DNA of 64,000 nucleotides, from IMG/VR virus record IMGVR_UViG_3300035703_000061, positions 10,486 to 74,485 of that record; one strand, written 5' to 3'. Position 1 is the first letter of the stretch. Each line of letters starts with the position of its first letter. A model generated the notes under the pieces. It did no database searches. It saw only the letters and a list, made by a program, of their open reading frames with translations, and was not told the origin of the DNA. A program made the translations under genes and the position numbers. Shown one piece after another: positions 46,091 through 55,854 of this stretch. The stretch comes from a virus.

Positions 46091-47311
46091 ATGGCTGGTG
46101 TTCTTCAGCATCTGCGTTCATCAACGCTTAACAAGCGTCCTAATCCTGCTTCTATGGTTGATGGTCAATTGGCCATTAATTATGCAAGTGGAAGCCCTGG
46201 AGCTTTCTTCAAAGATAGCAACGGTAATTTAGTAAAAGTGGGGCCTGTGCATGTTGGTGCAACGGCTCCGAATGTTAGTCCTGCAAGTGGCGGTACTGCT
46301 GGCAATAGCCTTGGCGAGCAATGGCTTGATACTAGTGGCGGCACTTATGTGTTTAAGATTTGGGACGGGGCTGCGTGGCGCAGTGAGGCTGGTGAATTTG
46401 TAAACACGACTGGCGACACGATGACTGGAGCGCTGGGCATTATCGCGGGCTCAGCTTCCACGCCAGGATTATTTTTCAGTGGGGACGCAAATTCTGGACT
46501 GTATTCCCCCGGCGCAGACCAAGTAGCCATCAGCACTGGTGGCACGGGCCGAATCACTATCGATGGCAGCGGCAATGTCAACATCGACAGCAATACGCTT
46601 TACGTTGATGCCACCAATAACCGAGTAGGGATTGGCACCACTAGCCCTGCGCGGACACTTCATGTGGCAGGCTCTGCCGTTTTTGTGGACACAGTAGATA
46701 CGACAGTTTGGGCTCAATTGTCTACTGGCGTGGGAGGAATAGGAACAAATAACAACTATCCGTTTGCTTTTGCGATAAATGGCACCGAACGCGCCCGCAT
46801 CGACAGCTCCGGCAGGCTCCTAGTGGGCACGTCTACTGCGCGTCTATACACATCTCTCGGCTATGCACGCTTCCAGGTTGAAGGAACGGCATTCGCAGAT
46901 TCTTCTATCGGCTTAACAAATAATCAAGCAACAGTTGATGGTTCTTATCTTGTTTTTAACAAAACCAGAGGGACTTCTGTAGGCAGTGTTACGAGTGTTC
47001 AGTCTGGAGATTTACTCGGTTCAATCTGGTTCCAGGGTTCTGATGGCACTAGCCAAGTACGTGGCGCAGTTATCGAGGCCGCTGTAGATGCGACGCCTGG
47101 CGCTAGTGACATGCCAGGCCGCCTAGTGTTCTCCGTTACTGCGGATGGCGCGTCATCACCAACTGAAGCGATGCGGATCAAAAACTCTCGCATCCTCAAC
47201 TTTGCCAACACGCCCACCTATGCTGACAACACAGCAGCCAAAGCCGGTGGATTGGTAGACGGTGACGTTTATCGCAAATCGGATGGCACTTTAATGATCG
47301 TCTACACCTGA
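46091..47311 (+). CDS. tail fibre/receptor-binding protein
   Basis: GDTMTGAL, RVGIGTTSP, ERARIDSSGRLLVGT, DMPGRLVFS. Confidence 0.82.
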   Translation: MAGVLQHLRSSTLNKRPNPASMVDGQLAINYASGSPGAFFKDSNGNLVKVGPVHVGATAPNVSPASGGTAGNSLGEQWLDTSGGTYVFKIWDGAAWRSEAGEFVNTTGDTMTGALGIIAGSASTPGLFFSGDANSGLYSPGADQVAISTGGTGRITIDGSGNVNIDSNTLYVDATNNRVGIGTTSPARTLHVAGSAVFVDTVDTTVWAQLSTGVGGIGTNNNYPFAFAINGTERARIDSSGRLLVGTSTARLYTSLGYARFQVEGTAFADSSIGLTNNQATVDGSYLVFNKTRGTSVGSVTSVQSGDLLGSIWFQGSDGTSQVRGAVIEAAVDATPGASDMPGRLVFSVTADGASSPTEAMRIKNSRILNFANTPTYADNTAAKAGGLVDGDVYRKSDGTLMIVYT

Positions 47312-47814
47312 TGCCATCACCTGTAAAATCACCTGATCCAAGCAAACTTTGGTGCAGCGGCTGTCAGCAGTTTTTACCGTTTGACAGCTTCTGGCCAGAC
47401 AAGCACGCAGGCGCATACCGCGTGGGTCCAGATGGTGTTCGCCGTAGCGCACGTTGTAAGGAATGCCGCAACAAGGAATACATCAAGATTGACCCACGCA
47501 AAAAGCTGTTGTACAACGCGAACAACAGAGCAAAGGATCGAGGGCTTGACTGCGACTTGACGGTTGACGACATCGTGATTCCTGAGCTTTGTCCTGTGCT
47601 TGGCATTCCGCTTCAAGCGACGGTAGGCAAAGGCAGGGTTTCGATGAAGGACAACTGGAACGCACCAACGCTGGACCGCATTGATTCAGCAGGTGGGTAC
47701 ATCAAAGGAAACGTCATGGTCATTTCGGCTAGGGCGAACTTCCTAAGAAATGACGCCACACTAGAAGAAATGCGTGCGATTCTTAGCTACATGGAGAGTC
47801 ACCAGCCAAGGTGA
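47311..47814 (+). CDS. HNH/His-Me finger-type endonuclease with zinc finger
   Basis: CSGC..CKEC, IPELCPVLG, PTLDRIDSAGGYIKGNVMVISARAN. Confidence 0.82.
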   Translation: MPSPVKSPDPSKLWCSGCQQFLPFDSFWPDKHAGAYRVGPDGVRRSARCKECRNKEYIKIDPRKKLLYNANNRAKDRGLDCDLTVDDIVIPELCPVLGIPLQATVGKGRVSMKDNWNAPTLDRIDSAGGYIKGNVMVISARANFLRNDATLEEMRAILSYMESHQPR

Positions 47815-47838
47815 CGAGCCCCCTTCACTTCTCGTCCT

Positions 47839-47870
47839 AGGCGGTTTCCCGAAGAAACCGTCTTTCTTTT
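47839..47870 (+). terminator. intrinsic terminator
   Basis: AGGCGGTTTC-CCGAA-GAAACCGTCT followed by a T-tract. Confidence 0.65.
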
Positions 47871-47905
47871 CACTGTTAAACTAACAAAGACCATTCTTCT
47901 TGATC

Positions 47906-48217
47906 ATGGCAATTACTTATACATGGGCGGTGGCCAATATGGACCGCACGCTTTCAAATGGCTATGTGGGCACTGTTCATTATACCATTTCTGCTGATGA
48001 TGGCACTTATGCGAGTTCGGCCTATGGCAGTCTCGGTCTTGAAGCGCCTGACGAGGATGATGCCATTCCCTATTCCATGCTCACTCCTGAAATCGTCGTT
48101 GGCTGGGTGAAAGAAAAGTTTGGTGATGAGAAAGTGGCAGAAATTGAAGCTGCTCTCGCCGCTCAAATTGAACAACAACGCACTCCTACCACTGGCACTG
48201 GCCTTCCTTGGGCTTGA
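47906..48217 (+). CDS. tail fibre-associated protein
   Basis: YTWAVANMDR..IPYSMLT..GWVK..GLPW; follows the fibre gene. Confidence 0.7.
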   Translation: MAITYTWAVANMDRTLSNGYVGTVHYTISADDGTYASSAYGSLGLEAPDEDDAIPYSMLTPEIVVGWVKEKFGDEKVAEIEAALAAQIEQQRTPTTGTGLPWA

Positions 48218-48220
48218 TAA

Positions 48221-48358
48221 ATGGCAGCAAAATCAAAGATTGGCATTAGCGGCCAAAAATTGCACGAAGCTGGAAAGCCAAAACTAACTAGGCAAGGCCA
48301 GGGAAAACATAGCAAAGCCTCTCACGGCCGCAAACTTTCTCGCGGCCAAGGCAAATAA
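48221..48358 (+). CDS. small basic protein (45 aa, not in ORF track)
   Basis: MAAKSKIGISGQKLHEAGKPKLTRQGQGKHSKASHGRKLSRGQGK, followed by a terminator-like hairpin. Confidence 0.7.
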   Translation: MAAKSKIGISGQKLHEAGKPKLTRQGQGKHSKASHGRKLSRGQGK

Positions 48359-48429
48359 TCTTAAGGAGCATTAGCTCCTTTTTTAATGGCGAGAACAAAG
48401 CTATAATGAAGCTAATTAGCCAGTGAGCA

Positions 48430-49002
48430 ATGATTTATCCAGCCACTTATGACATAGTGGTATTGCAAAATGCCACTTGGAAAAATCAGTTTAGAGCCAC
48501 TGAAAATCAGAAGCAGACAACAATTGATATTTCTGGAAGCACGTTTACTACTAGCTGCCATGGTTTTAGCGATGGTCAGAAGGTGGTATTTGCTGGAGGC
48601 GCATTGCCTTGCGGAATGACTGATAATACTGTCTACTATGTCATTGCAAGCGGCCTAACCAATGATTCTTTCAAAGTGGCAGTTTCTTCTGGAGGAGCAA
48701 GTTTGGCTCTTCATGGCACTGCTAGTGGCACGCATTACGTGAGCACTCCCATTAATTTAAGCGGATACACTGTCGATTCTGATATTCGTGGGCTTTCTGA
48801 AAATCAATATGTTGGCACTTTCTCTCCATCGTTAATTGATGCAGCAAATGGACTATTTCAGCTTGAACTGTCTCCTGCCACCACTTCTGGCTTTGAAACC
48901 GGCCAGTTTGGTTACGACGTGAGTCTCACTTCATCTGGAGGCGAGCGATATTATTGGCTTACTGGCAAGATGACTGTTCAAGCCACTTATTCTCGCACTT
49001 AA
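48430..49002 (+). CDS. virion structural protein
   Basis: YPATYDIVVLQNAT..PINLSGYTV..YDV..YYWLTG. Confidence 0.65.
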   Translation: MIYPATYDIVVLQNATWKNQFRATENQKQTTIDISGSTFTTSCHGFSDGQKVVFAGGALPCGMTDNTVYYVIASGLTNDSFKVAVSSGGASLALHGTASGTHYVSTPINLSGYTVDSDIRGLSENQYVGTFSPSLIDAANGLFQLELSPATTSGFETGQFGYDVSLTSSGGERYYWLTGKMTVQATYSRT

Positions 49003-49003
49003 T

Positions 49004-49195
49004 ATGGAAACCATTTCTTTAATTACAACTAGCGAACAGTCTGCTGTTTTAATTAGTGAGAGTGCCACTAGCAGTGCTATTATTATGGGAGCAAACGATT
49101 CGCCGTCTCCTTCATTGCTAATTTCATCTGTAGGAGCACAAGGGCCTCAAGGCGACAACGACAATGCTATTGCTTATTCCATCGCTTTAGGATGA
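49004..49195 (+). CDS. small structural protein
   Basis: GAQGPQG, ends IAYSIALG. Confidence 0.5.
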   Translation: METISLITTSEQSAVLISESATSSAIIMGANDSPSPSLLISSVGAQGPQGDNDNAIAYSIALG

Positions 49196-50176
49196 ATGGC
49201 TAAATATCTTGTTTCTGGTTATACATTCTCGCCTGGCATTCCTGGCTCTGGCAGCATCACGATTAGCGGCGTTTTTCCGCTTGAGCAATTTTTGCTTGCT
49301 ACAAATGTCACTGACAATGTAGTCATTTATCAATTTAATTCGCCTGCGAAAGGCGGCAGCGTTAGTAGCGCCTCAGGCAACACAACGCTATTCCTCAATG
49401 CTGACACTAGCGGCATGAATGCTGCAGATAAAGTGCAGCTTTTTGTTGATGATGGTGCAGATATTCAAGTGGAGATTGCCAATGCAAGTGTAGAAATTAG
49501 CAATGATAGTGGCAATCCAGTGCCTGCGAGCATTGCAAGCTTGCCGCTTCCTTCTGGAGCCGCTACTGCTGCTAATCAGGCTAGTGGTAATTCTTCGCTT
49601 AGTAGTATTGACACAAAAACGCCATCCCTGCAATCTGGTGCTGTTCCCATTGGAGACAATGGAAGTAGTTTAACGGTAGATGGTCGAGCCTATAGCAGTT
49701 CGGTAAACTTTAATCGTCCCGGCAATGCGTCTGGATATACAGCCGGCGATGTTATTGGCGTGACAAGTGGAGGAGCAGCAGGAAGCGCCATTCATACTTT
49801 CGCTTCTATTGGTCCTAGCAATGGCTATGTGATGCTTCAATCTGTTGAAATGTTTATTGATGCAAGCGCTGTGCCAACTGGCATGGGAGCATTTCGCTTG
49901 CATTTATACAATGCCTCACCAACTGCCATTCTTGATAATGCTGCTTTTGATTTGCAAACTGCTGATAGGACAAAATATATTGGCTATGCCGATTTAAGCA
50001 CTCCTTTGGATTTTGGTTCTGTTTTGTATTCGCAGTCCGATTATTCGGGAAGACTATTGCAACTCGCCTCGGGATCTACATCACTGTTTGGTATTCTGCA
50101 AACAGTTAATGCTTACACTCCAGCAAGTGGCACCACTCACGAGGTTAGAATAAAAACAATTGAGGCAGGCCTGTAA
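49196..50176 (+). CDS. virion structural protein
   Basis: Ser/Gly-rich; C-terminal domain paralogous to 50176..50772. Confidence 0.7.
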   Translation: MAKYLVSGYTFSPGIPGSGSITISGVFPLEQFLLATNVTDNVVIYQFNSPAKGGSVSSASGNTTLFLNADTSGMNAADKVQLFVDDGADIQVEIANASVEISNDSGNPVPASIASLPLPSGAATAANQASGNSSLSSIDTKTPSLQSGAVPIGDNGSSLTVDGRAYSSSVNFNRPGNASGYTAGDVIGVTSGGAAGSAIHTFASIGPSNGYVMLQSVEMFIDASAVPTGMGAFRLHLYNASPTAILDNAAFDLQTADRTKYIGYADLSTPLDFGSVLYSQSDYSGRLLQLASGSTSLFGILQTVNAYTPASGTTHEVRIKTIEAGL

Positions 50177-50772
50177 TGGCACAACGCATTGTTGACAACG
50201 AGCAATACGAAGAGTTTCTTGTAAAAGCCACGGGCGATGGCCTAGAAATCAAGAACGATAATGGAGCGCCAGTATTTGTTTCGGCTGGTGCTTATGGTCC
50301 CAGTGAAGCCAATCAAACACGGCCTGCTGATACTAATGCTTATGCTGCTGGAGACGTTGTTAGCGATAGCACTAGCGCTCCGTCTCCGTTAGTTTTTGCT
50401 TCAATTGGTCCGAATGGTGGCAGGATTGTTTTGCAATCCGCAGAGTTTAGGACTGATGTGAATAGTGTTGCAAGTGGCATGGGGGCATTCCGCTTGCATT
50501 TGTACAATGCTGCTCCTTCGGGCATTGCAGATAACGCTGCATACAATTTACCGAGTGTAGACAGAAGTAAATATGCTGGTTATATTGATTTCCCTGCTCC
50601 CATTGATTTAGGAGATACCATTTGGAGCCAAACTGAATATATTGGACGTCAAATTAAGCTGGCATCTGGCAGTACAGCCTTGTATGGCATTCTTGAAACG
50701 AGAAATGCTTTCACTCCCACAAGCGCTAGCGCTCGTACCATTGCAATTAGTACTTTAGAGGCAGGACGCTAA
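50176..50772 (+). CDS. virion structural protein (paralog of the upstream C-terminal domain)
   Basis: Shared AGDV, FASIGP, GMGAFRLHLYNA, DR.KY.GY. Confidence 0.7.
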   Translation: MAQRIVDNEQYEEFLVKATGDGLEIKNDNGAPVFVSAGAYGPSEANQTRPADTNAYAAGDVVSDSTSAPSPLVFASIGPNGGRIVLQSAEFRTDVNSVASGMGAFRLHLYNAAPSGIADNAAYNLPSVDRSKYAGYIDFPAPIDLGDTIWSQTEYIGRQIKLASGSTALYGILETRNAFTPTSASARTIAISTLEAGR

Positions 50773-52082
50773 TGTTATTTCCAGCTTCTCGCAGGCTTGC
50801 ATTAAGCCCTAAGTGGACCCGCGATATTTTATGGCGGCGTGCGCGTGCAGTGCCATCGCTTGACTTGCGTTTTGCTGATAATAAGAGTCTTGTTGACGCC
50901 ACCACCGGCCAGAACCTCGTCACATTCACCCGCGCCAGTAGCGGCACCTACGTCGATAGCCAGGGTGTAATCAGAACGGCGACAGCAAACGAAGCACGGT
51001 TTGATCATGCTCCCACCACGGGCGAGAGCTTGGGGCTGCTGGTGGAGGAGAGTAGGACAAACAACGTGTTGCAATCAGAAGACTTTGCAACAACGTGGAC
51101 TACATCAAACCTTACTGTTACCACTAACTCAGTCATTGCCCCAGACGGAACTACAACAGCAGACACGATTGCACCACCAATAGACGGCCTTACTGCTCAG
51201 CGTTTTCTACGCCAGAATCCTGCACTAACAACACAACAGGCTTATACGTTTTCTGTTTTTGTAAAAGTTGGCACCGCAACAACTAATGGAATTGCATTGT
51301 ATGTTGCTGATAGCACAGCGACCAATAACTTTAGAAGCAACTTTAATCTTTTTAACTTAACAACAAGTCCAGCGGCGTCTGGATGGGCTACTCCGACAGC
51401 AACTATCGTTCCTTATCCAAACGGTTGGTATCGCTGTATTCTTTCTGGTGTAACTAGCACGGCACATACAGCTTTGCGTGCAGTCATCTATCTAAACTTT
51501 TTTGGTAATAGTGCTGATAGTTACGGCTCAATACACATTTGGGGCGCCCAACTAGAAGCCGGCTCCTTCCCCACCAGCTACATCCCCACCACCACAGCCG
51601 CCGCCACCCGCAGTGCAGACGTGGCCAGCATTACGGGGTCGAACTTCAGCTCCTGGTATCGGCAGGATGAGGGGACGGTGTTTGCGGAATTTACACCAAG
51701 AACATTTGCCCAAGCATGTGGTCTTTTATCAATAGACGATGGAACAGCTTCTGAAAGATTACAGACGCGGTTAAGCACTAATGGTAACGGTGCTTTTGTT
51801 GTTGCCGATGGCGGAAGTGTTCAGGCTAACTTTACTACAGCGGCTTCCACTTCTCTTAACACAAAAGGGAAACTTGCAACATCTTTTGCTGTTAATTCAT
51901 TCAAGGCGTCTCTCAATGGCGGTTCAGTTGCATCTGATGCTTCTGGCACGCTGCCAACAGTTACACAAGCCGTCATAGGCAACGCTGTCGGTGCGTTTGT
52001 TTTCAATGGACCGCTTTCTAGGATTACATTCTGGCCAAAAGAGCTTTCTGAATCCACCCTCCAGGGTATAACCCAGCAATAA
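50772..52082 (+). CDS. spike/fibre protein with lectin-like domains
   Basis: TFTRASSGTY, ARFDH..GLLVEESRTN, GWYRC, WGAQLEAGSFPTSYIPT..TRSAD. Confidence 0.78.
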   Translation: MLFPASRRLALSPKWTRDILWRRARAVPSLDLRFADNKSLVDATTGQNLVTFTRASSGTYVDSQGVIRTATANEARFDHAPTTGESLGLLVEESRTNNVLQSEDFATTWTTSNLTVTTNSVIAPDGTTTADTIAPPIDGLTAQRFLRQNPALTTQQAYTFSVFVKVGTATTNGIALYVADSTATNNFRSNFNLFNLTTSPAASGWATPTATIVPYPNGWYRCILSGVTSTAHTALRAVIYLNFFGNSADSYGSIHIWGAQLEAGSFPTSYIPTTTAAATRSADVASITGSNFSSWYRQDEGTVFAEFTPRTFAQACGLLSIDDGTASERLQTRLSTNGNGAFVVADGGSVQANFTTAASTSLNTKGKLATSFAVNSFKASLNGGSVASDASGTLPTVTQAVIGNAVGAFVFNGPLSRITFWPKELSESTLQGITQQ

Positions 52083-52101
52083 CCCCTCCAAGGAATAACC
52101 A

Positions 52102-52383
52102 ATGACACACTTCATACGCTTCCCGGACGCTGAAACCGGCATGAAAGCCTTGGATGATGCAGGGCTACTAGATGGTGATCTGCAGTTCATTACCGCTTCC
52201 CACAACCACGCCCTGGATGTCATCGGCGAGATCCAACGTGGCGGTGAATGGGACGACGAGGGCAATGTCATCACAGCCCCCACCGTGCTTGACGGCTGGC
52301 ACGTCAACTACAGCGGCGAGCTGCCGGATGGGTGGGAAGAGTTTGTGGTGGAGCCTGAAAATCCCGTAAGGGTTTGGGCGTAG
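52102..52383 (+). CDS. small acidic spike-associated protein
   Basis: LDVIGEI..GWHVN..PENPVRVWA. Confidence 0.65.
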   Translation: MTHFIRFPDAETGMKALDDAGLLDGDLQFITASHNHALDVIGEIQRGGEWDDEGNVITAPTVLDGWHVNYSGELPDGWEEFVVEPENPVRVWA

Positions 52384-52406
52384 AATAAAGCAAAAGCTTT
52401 ATTTTC

Positions 52407-53633
52407 ATGGGACAAGTAGTTAGAGGCGGCGAACAGTTTGAAACTGCAATTGCTGCCGATTATCGTGGTCAAATTATTCGTCGTGGTATTGACAGCGGGG
52501 AAGTAGATGCTTTTGCACGTAAGCGCGTAAGCCAGCCATATACGCTATTTGATTCCGTACTTCGTTACGACAAACGTAGTGATGTGTGGAACGAAACCAT
52601 TACTGGCTCCGCATCGTCTGTTCATGATGCGAATCAAAGCTCTATCAATATGACTGTCACCACCGCTTCTGGTGACGGCGTAATGAGGCGCACTCGGCGA
52701 AGGTTTCCTTATCAGCCAGGAAAGTCTTTGCTTTCCATTCAAAGCTTTGCTGGGTCAGTGCCGGCGAGTGGTGTCATTCAGGAAGTGGGGCTATTTGATG
52801 ATAACAATGGCATCATTCTTCGCGCTAGTGGCACAACTATTCAGTTTGTTGTAAGAGGAAAATATTCTGGCGTTGTCACTGAAAACGTTGTCAATCAAGA
52901 TCAATGGAATATTGACACTGCTTCATGGCTTGATTTTTCAAAGGCCAACATTTTTACCACTGATCTTGAATGGTTAGGGGCAGGACGGGCACGTTGTGGT
53001 TTTATTCTCGATGGAGAGTACTATTATTGCCACGAATTTCTCCACGCAAATAATATCAGTAGCGTCTATATGACAGCAGCAGTATTGCCACAAACCTATC
53101 GCATTGCAAAATATGCAACAAGCGTTAGTGGCGCAACAATGAAACAAATTTGCTCTACTGTTGCAAGCGAAGGTGGTTATCAACCCTATGGTGAAGTGCA
53201 TACAATCTCTCCTGCTCTTGGCGCAATCCCTAATGCTGCTGGAGAGCGCATTGTTGCCGGAATTCGCATGGCAAGTGGTCGCACTGATAATGTGATCATT
53301 CCAGTGAAAGTTGACTTGGTAACGGAGGATAATACTACGATTGAATGGAAACTTCGTCGCAATCCAACCACTTCTGGCGTCACCTGGGCTGCTAGTGCCA
53401 ATGGCAGAGGAAATGTTGAAACTACTTCCGCTGGTAGCATTGTTTCTGGCGGCACCACTGTCAACGCTGGTCTTTATTACAGTGCTGGCTCAGTAGAAAT
53501 TGACGTGCAAGATGGCTTGAGTCTTTCTCTAGGCGTCAATGGAAGCGGAGTTAGCGATGAGCTATTCCTTACGGTGACAAGCTCTGGCAACGCTAAAGCA
53601 ATTGGCATGCTGGGCTGGATTGAAACGCTATAG
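52407..53633 (+). CDS. virion structural protein
   Basis: DAFARKRVSQPYTLFDS, FPYQPGKS, DLEWLGAG. Confidence 0.72.
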   Translation: MGQVVRGGEQFETAIAADYRGQIIRRGIDSGEVDAFARKRVSQPYTLFDSVLRYDKRSDVWNETITGSASSVHDANQSSINMTVTTASGDGVMRRTRRRFPYQPGKSLLSIQSFAGSVPASGVIQEVGLFDDNNGIILRASGTTIQFVVRGKYSGVVTENVVNQDQWNIDTASWLDFSKANIFTTDLEWLGAGRARCGFILDGEYYYCHEFLHANNISSVYMTAAVLPQTYRIAKYATSVSGATMKQICSTVASEGGYQPYGEVHTISPALGAIPNAAGERIVAGIRMASGRTDNVIIPVKVDLVTEDNTTIEWKLRRNPTTSGVTWAASANGRGNVETTSAGSIVSGGTTVNAGLYYSAGSVEIDVQDGLSLSLGVNGSGVSDELFLTVTSSGNAKAIGMLGWIETL

Positions 53634-53670
53634 AGGCTATGCTGGGGCGGCACCATGCTGCCCCCTTTCC

Positions 53671-53883
53671 ATGGCATTCCCTTTCGTCGCAGAAGGCGAG
53701 TGGTACAAGCAACAGACGGAGGCTCTTTCAGACATTCTTGCTGAGCTACTGACAGACGATGATCCGGCGATGGCTTGCAAAGCGCTGAGCGAAACCATTG
53801 CTTCGTGGGAGGACTACCACGAGAAGGAGCTTGCTAAATGGAAGCGCCTCAGGGCGCTTCTTGGTCTGGAAACTGGTACGTAA
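53671..53883 (+). CDS. hypothetical protein
   Basis: ATG at 53671, MAFPFVAEGEWY... Confidence 0.55.
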   Translation: MAFPFVAEGEWYKQQTEALSDILAELLTDDDPAMACKALSETIASWEDYHEKELAKWKRLRALLGLETGT

Positions 53884-54253
53884 TCCTTAGCTCTCCACCA
53901 AGAGCCTTTACGGCCTCGCTGGCGTTTGCTGGTGGGGCTTTTTCAATGAGCACTGACGGGACAATGGCGTTAGGAAGAGGAGTGACTTTTGCATCAGGAA
54001 AAAGCTCATGAGCTTTTTCGGCGAGAGCATTTGCTTTTGTTTCACGCTCTTCTTTTTCCCATTGTTTGACGAGCGTTGCAGCTTGCTCGTCCACTTTCTC
54101 CATGACAATTTTTGTTTTCCACTCTGCCCAATCAGGCTTGCAATAAGCCATTAGCATTTTGAACCATGGTTGCAATGCAAGAGAGGGCCGCTTTTCAGCG
54201 GTCCATAAACCTAGTTCGTAGCACAAGGCATTAAACCAAGATTGCTTGCTCAT
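53849..54253 (-). CDS. hypothetical protein of the lysis operon
   Basis: 134 aa, co-oriented with the endolysin. Confidence 0.65.
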   Translation of the reverse strand: MSKQSWFNALCYELGLWTAEKRPSLALQPWFKMLMAYCKPDWAEWKTKIVMEKVDEQAATLVKQWEKEERETKANALAEKAHELFPDAKVTPLPNAIVPSVLIEKAPPANASEAVKALGGELRITYQFPDQEAP

Positions 54254-54284
54254 CCTTCCGTCTCGCGATGGTCAATTCTTGAGA

Positions 54285-54360
54285 TAAGATGAAAGGGCAG
54301 CGGAACTGCAATTCCCTGCCCACGGACACCTAAGGAGACTAGGCATCATGTCAATCATAG
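54285..54360 (+). promoter_or_regulatory. structured leader of the HNH gene (same architecture as 1981-2063)
   Basis: TAAGAT; GGGCAG-C-GGAA-CTGCAA-TTCC-CTGCCC; GACA-CCTA-AGGAGAC-TAGG..TGTC; AATCATAG. Confidence 0.6.
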
Positions 54361-54911
54361 AAGAATGGCGGCCCATCGCTGGATACGAGGGAGTTTACGA
54401 GGTGAGCGATCAAGGGCGCGTCAGGAGTCTTGACCGAGCCTTGCGGGACAAAAATGGATTGCTTAAGAGGTTTAAAGGTAAAATTTTGTCCATTTCTATT
54501 AGAAAGAACAAATATGGGCAATATGCAATAGTGGGATTACCACTTCTTAATGGCAGCAAAAACCGTACGAGGTACGTGGCACATTTAGTGTTGGAGTCTT
54601 TTGATTGTGCGCGTCCTGCGGGAATGGAATGCTGCCATTGTGATGGTGATTCATTGAACAACAAAATTGACAACCTGCGCTGGGGTACGCCGAAGGAAAA
54701 TACGAATGATAAATACAGACATGGAACTATCTTGTGGGGATCAAAAAATCACCAAGCTAGGCTTACTGAAACGCAAGTGCTAGAAATAAGGGAAAAATAT
54801 ATTCGCTACTCAAAAACCAAGTCAAATAGCAGGCAGCTTGCGGAAGAGTATGGAGTCGATATACAAGCAATTGGAAAGATCATTCGGCGAGAACGCTGGA
54901 ACCATATTTAG
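54348..54911 (+). CDS. NUMOD4-HNH homing endonuclease
   Basis: EEWRPIAGYEGVYEVSDQGRVRSLDR, VAHLVLESF, CCHCDGDSLNNKIDNLRWGTPKEN. Confidence 0.9.
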   Translation: MSIIEEWRPIAGYEGVYEVSDQGRVRSLDRALRDKNGLLKRFKGKILSISIRKNKYGQYAIVGLPLLNGSKNRTRYVAHLVLESFDCARPAGMECCHCDGDSLNNKIDNLRWGTPKENTNDKYRHGTILWGSKNHQARLTETQVLEIREKYIRYSKTKSNSRQLAEEYGVDIQAIGKIIRRERWNHI

Positions 54912-55849
54912 CCTTCTTGAAAAACGCTTACATACACAGTTCCCTTTTCGGCAAGAGGTAAAATTTTATCTCGCAAATCAATATTTTTGCACCTACAACA
55001 CCCCATAGTTGGCATAAGCGCTTGATTTGGTGCCCAAGCTCCAGGCCATCCAAGGGCGCTGGATCCACCATGGATCATAATCCCAGCACGGCCATATTTA
55101 GCTTCTTGATTCTCTAGCTCAATCATGTCAAAGCTATACCAGCCATAGGCCATGAGAGTGCGATCATAAGCAGGCTTATCACCTACTTTCTCGTAGTCTT
55201 TATAAATGGCGCCAATTTTATATAGACCAGGTGGAGTGTCTGAGTTTGTGATTTTCCATTCAAAATCACTATATTGTCCGCGAGCAAGACAAGGGATTTC
55301 CCAGAGAAGCTTTCCTTCAAACGAGAAAGCCTTCATGGTTTCCACTGCATCGTTCACAATTAAATGTGAATCGCCTTTCTTAAAGCCAAAATCTTGCGGA
55401 CGTTTCTTCGGGCCAATCATAGTAAAAGCAGTGCTCTCAGGAGCATATTCCTTCATGAGCTTAGACAATTTTGCAGGATAATCTGGATCAGTGGCATAAG
55501 ATTGCTCTTTTAGCATGCGTGCTGCGGCATAGCGATTTGGAGCATTGTTAATGCCTTTGAATTGACGATAATCCTTATACCAGCGTGTGATCAGATATTC
55601 AATGCAAGCTGCAAGGCTAGGGAAATCAATAAAGCCAGCTTTAATAGTCACCCATTGGCCGTCATACCATTCCTGCGTGGTAGTAGTTGTGCCATCCCCT
55701 TTAATGCCAAGCGCATTCCATTTTCCAGAAAAATGCTTGCCAAAGCCACTTTCTAAACAGCATTGTGCAGCAACTAGCTCAGGAAAGCGAGCACCACAGC
55801 GCTTGGCGATGGCAAAGCATTCATCCCAGAACGCCCGATTTGAGGGCAT
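54908..55849 (-). CDS. endolysin: GH73 glucosaminidase-like domain plus L,D-transpeptidase-like domain
   Basis: AAQCCLESGFG, NALGIKG, YATDPDY; DTPPGLY, GIMIHGG..TMGC. Confidence 0.85.
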   Translation of the reverse strand: MPSNRAFWDECFAIAKRCGARFPELVAAQCCLESGFGKHFSGKWNALGIKGDGTTTTTQEWYDGQWVTIKAGFIDFPSLAACIEYLITRWYKDYRQFKGINNAPNRYAAARMLKEQSYATDPDYPAKLSKLMKEYAPESTAFTMIGPKKRPQDFGFKKGDSHLIVNDAVETMKAFSFEGKLLWEIPCLARGQYSDFEWKITNSDTPPGLYKIGAIYKDYEKVGDKPAYDRTLMAYGWYSFDMIELENQEAKYGRAGIMIHGGSSALGWPGAWAPNQALMPTMGCCRCKNIDLRDKILPLAEKGTVYVSVFQEG

Positions 55850-55854
55850 CGCTC

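Noticed and set aside
42098-53633. Diversity-generating retroelement or invertase-driven fibre switching
   Set aside because: No reverse transcriptase, invertase or TR/VR repeat pair seen in the window
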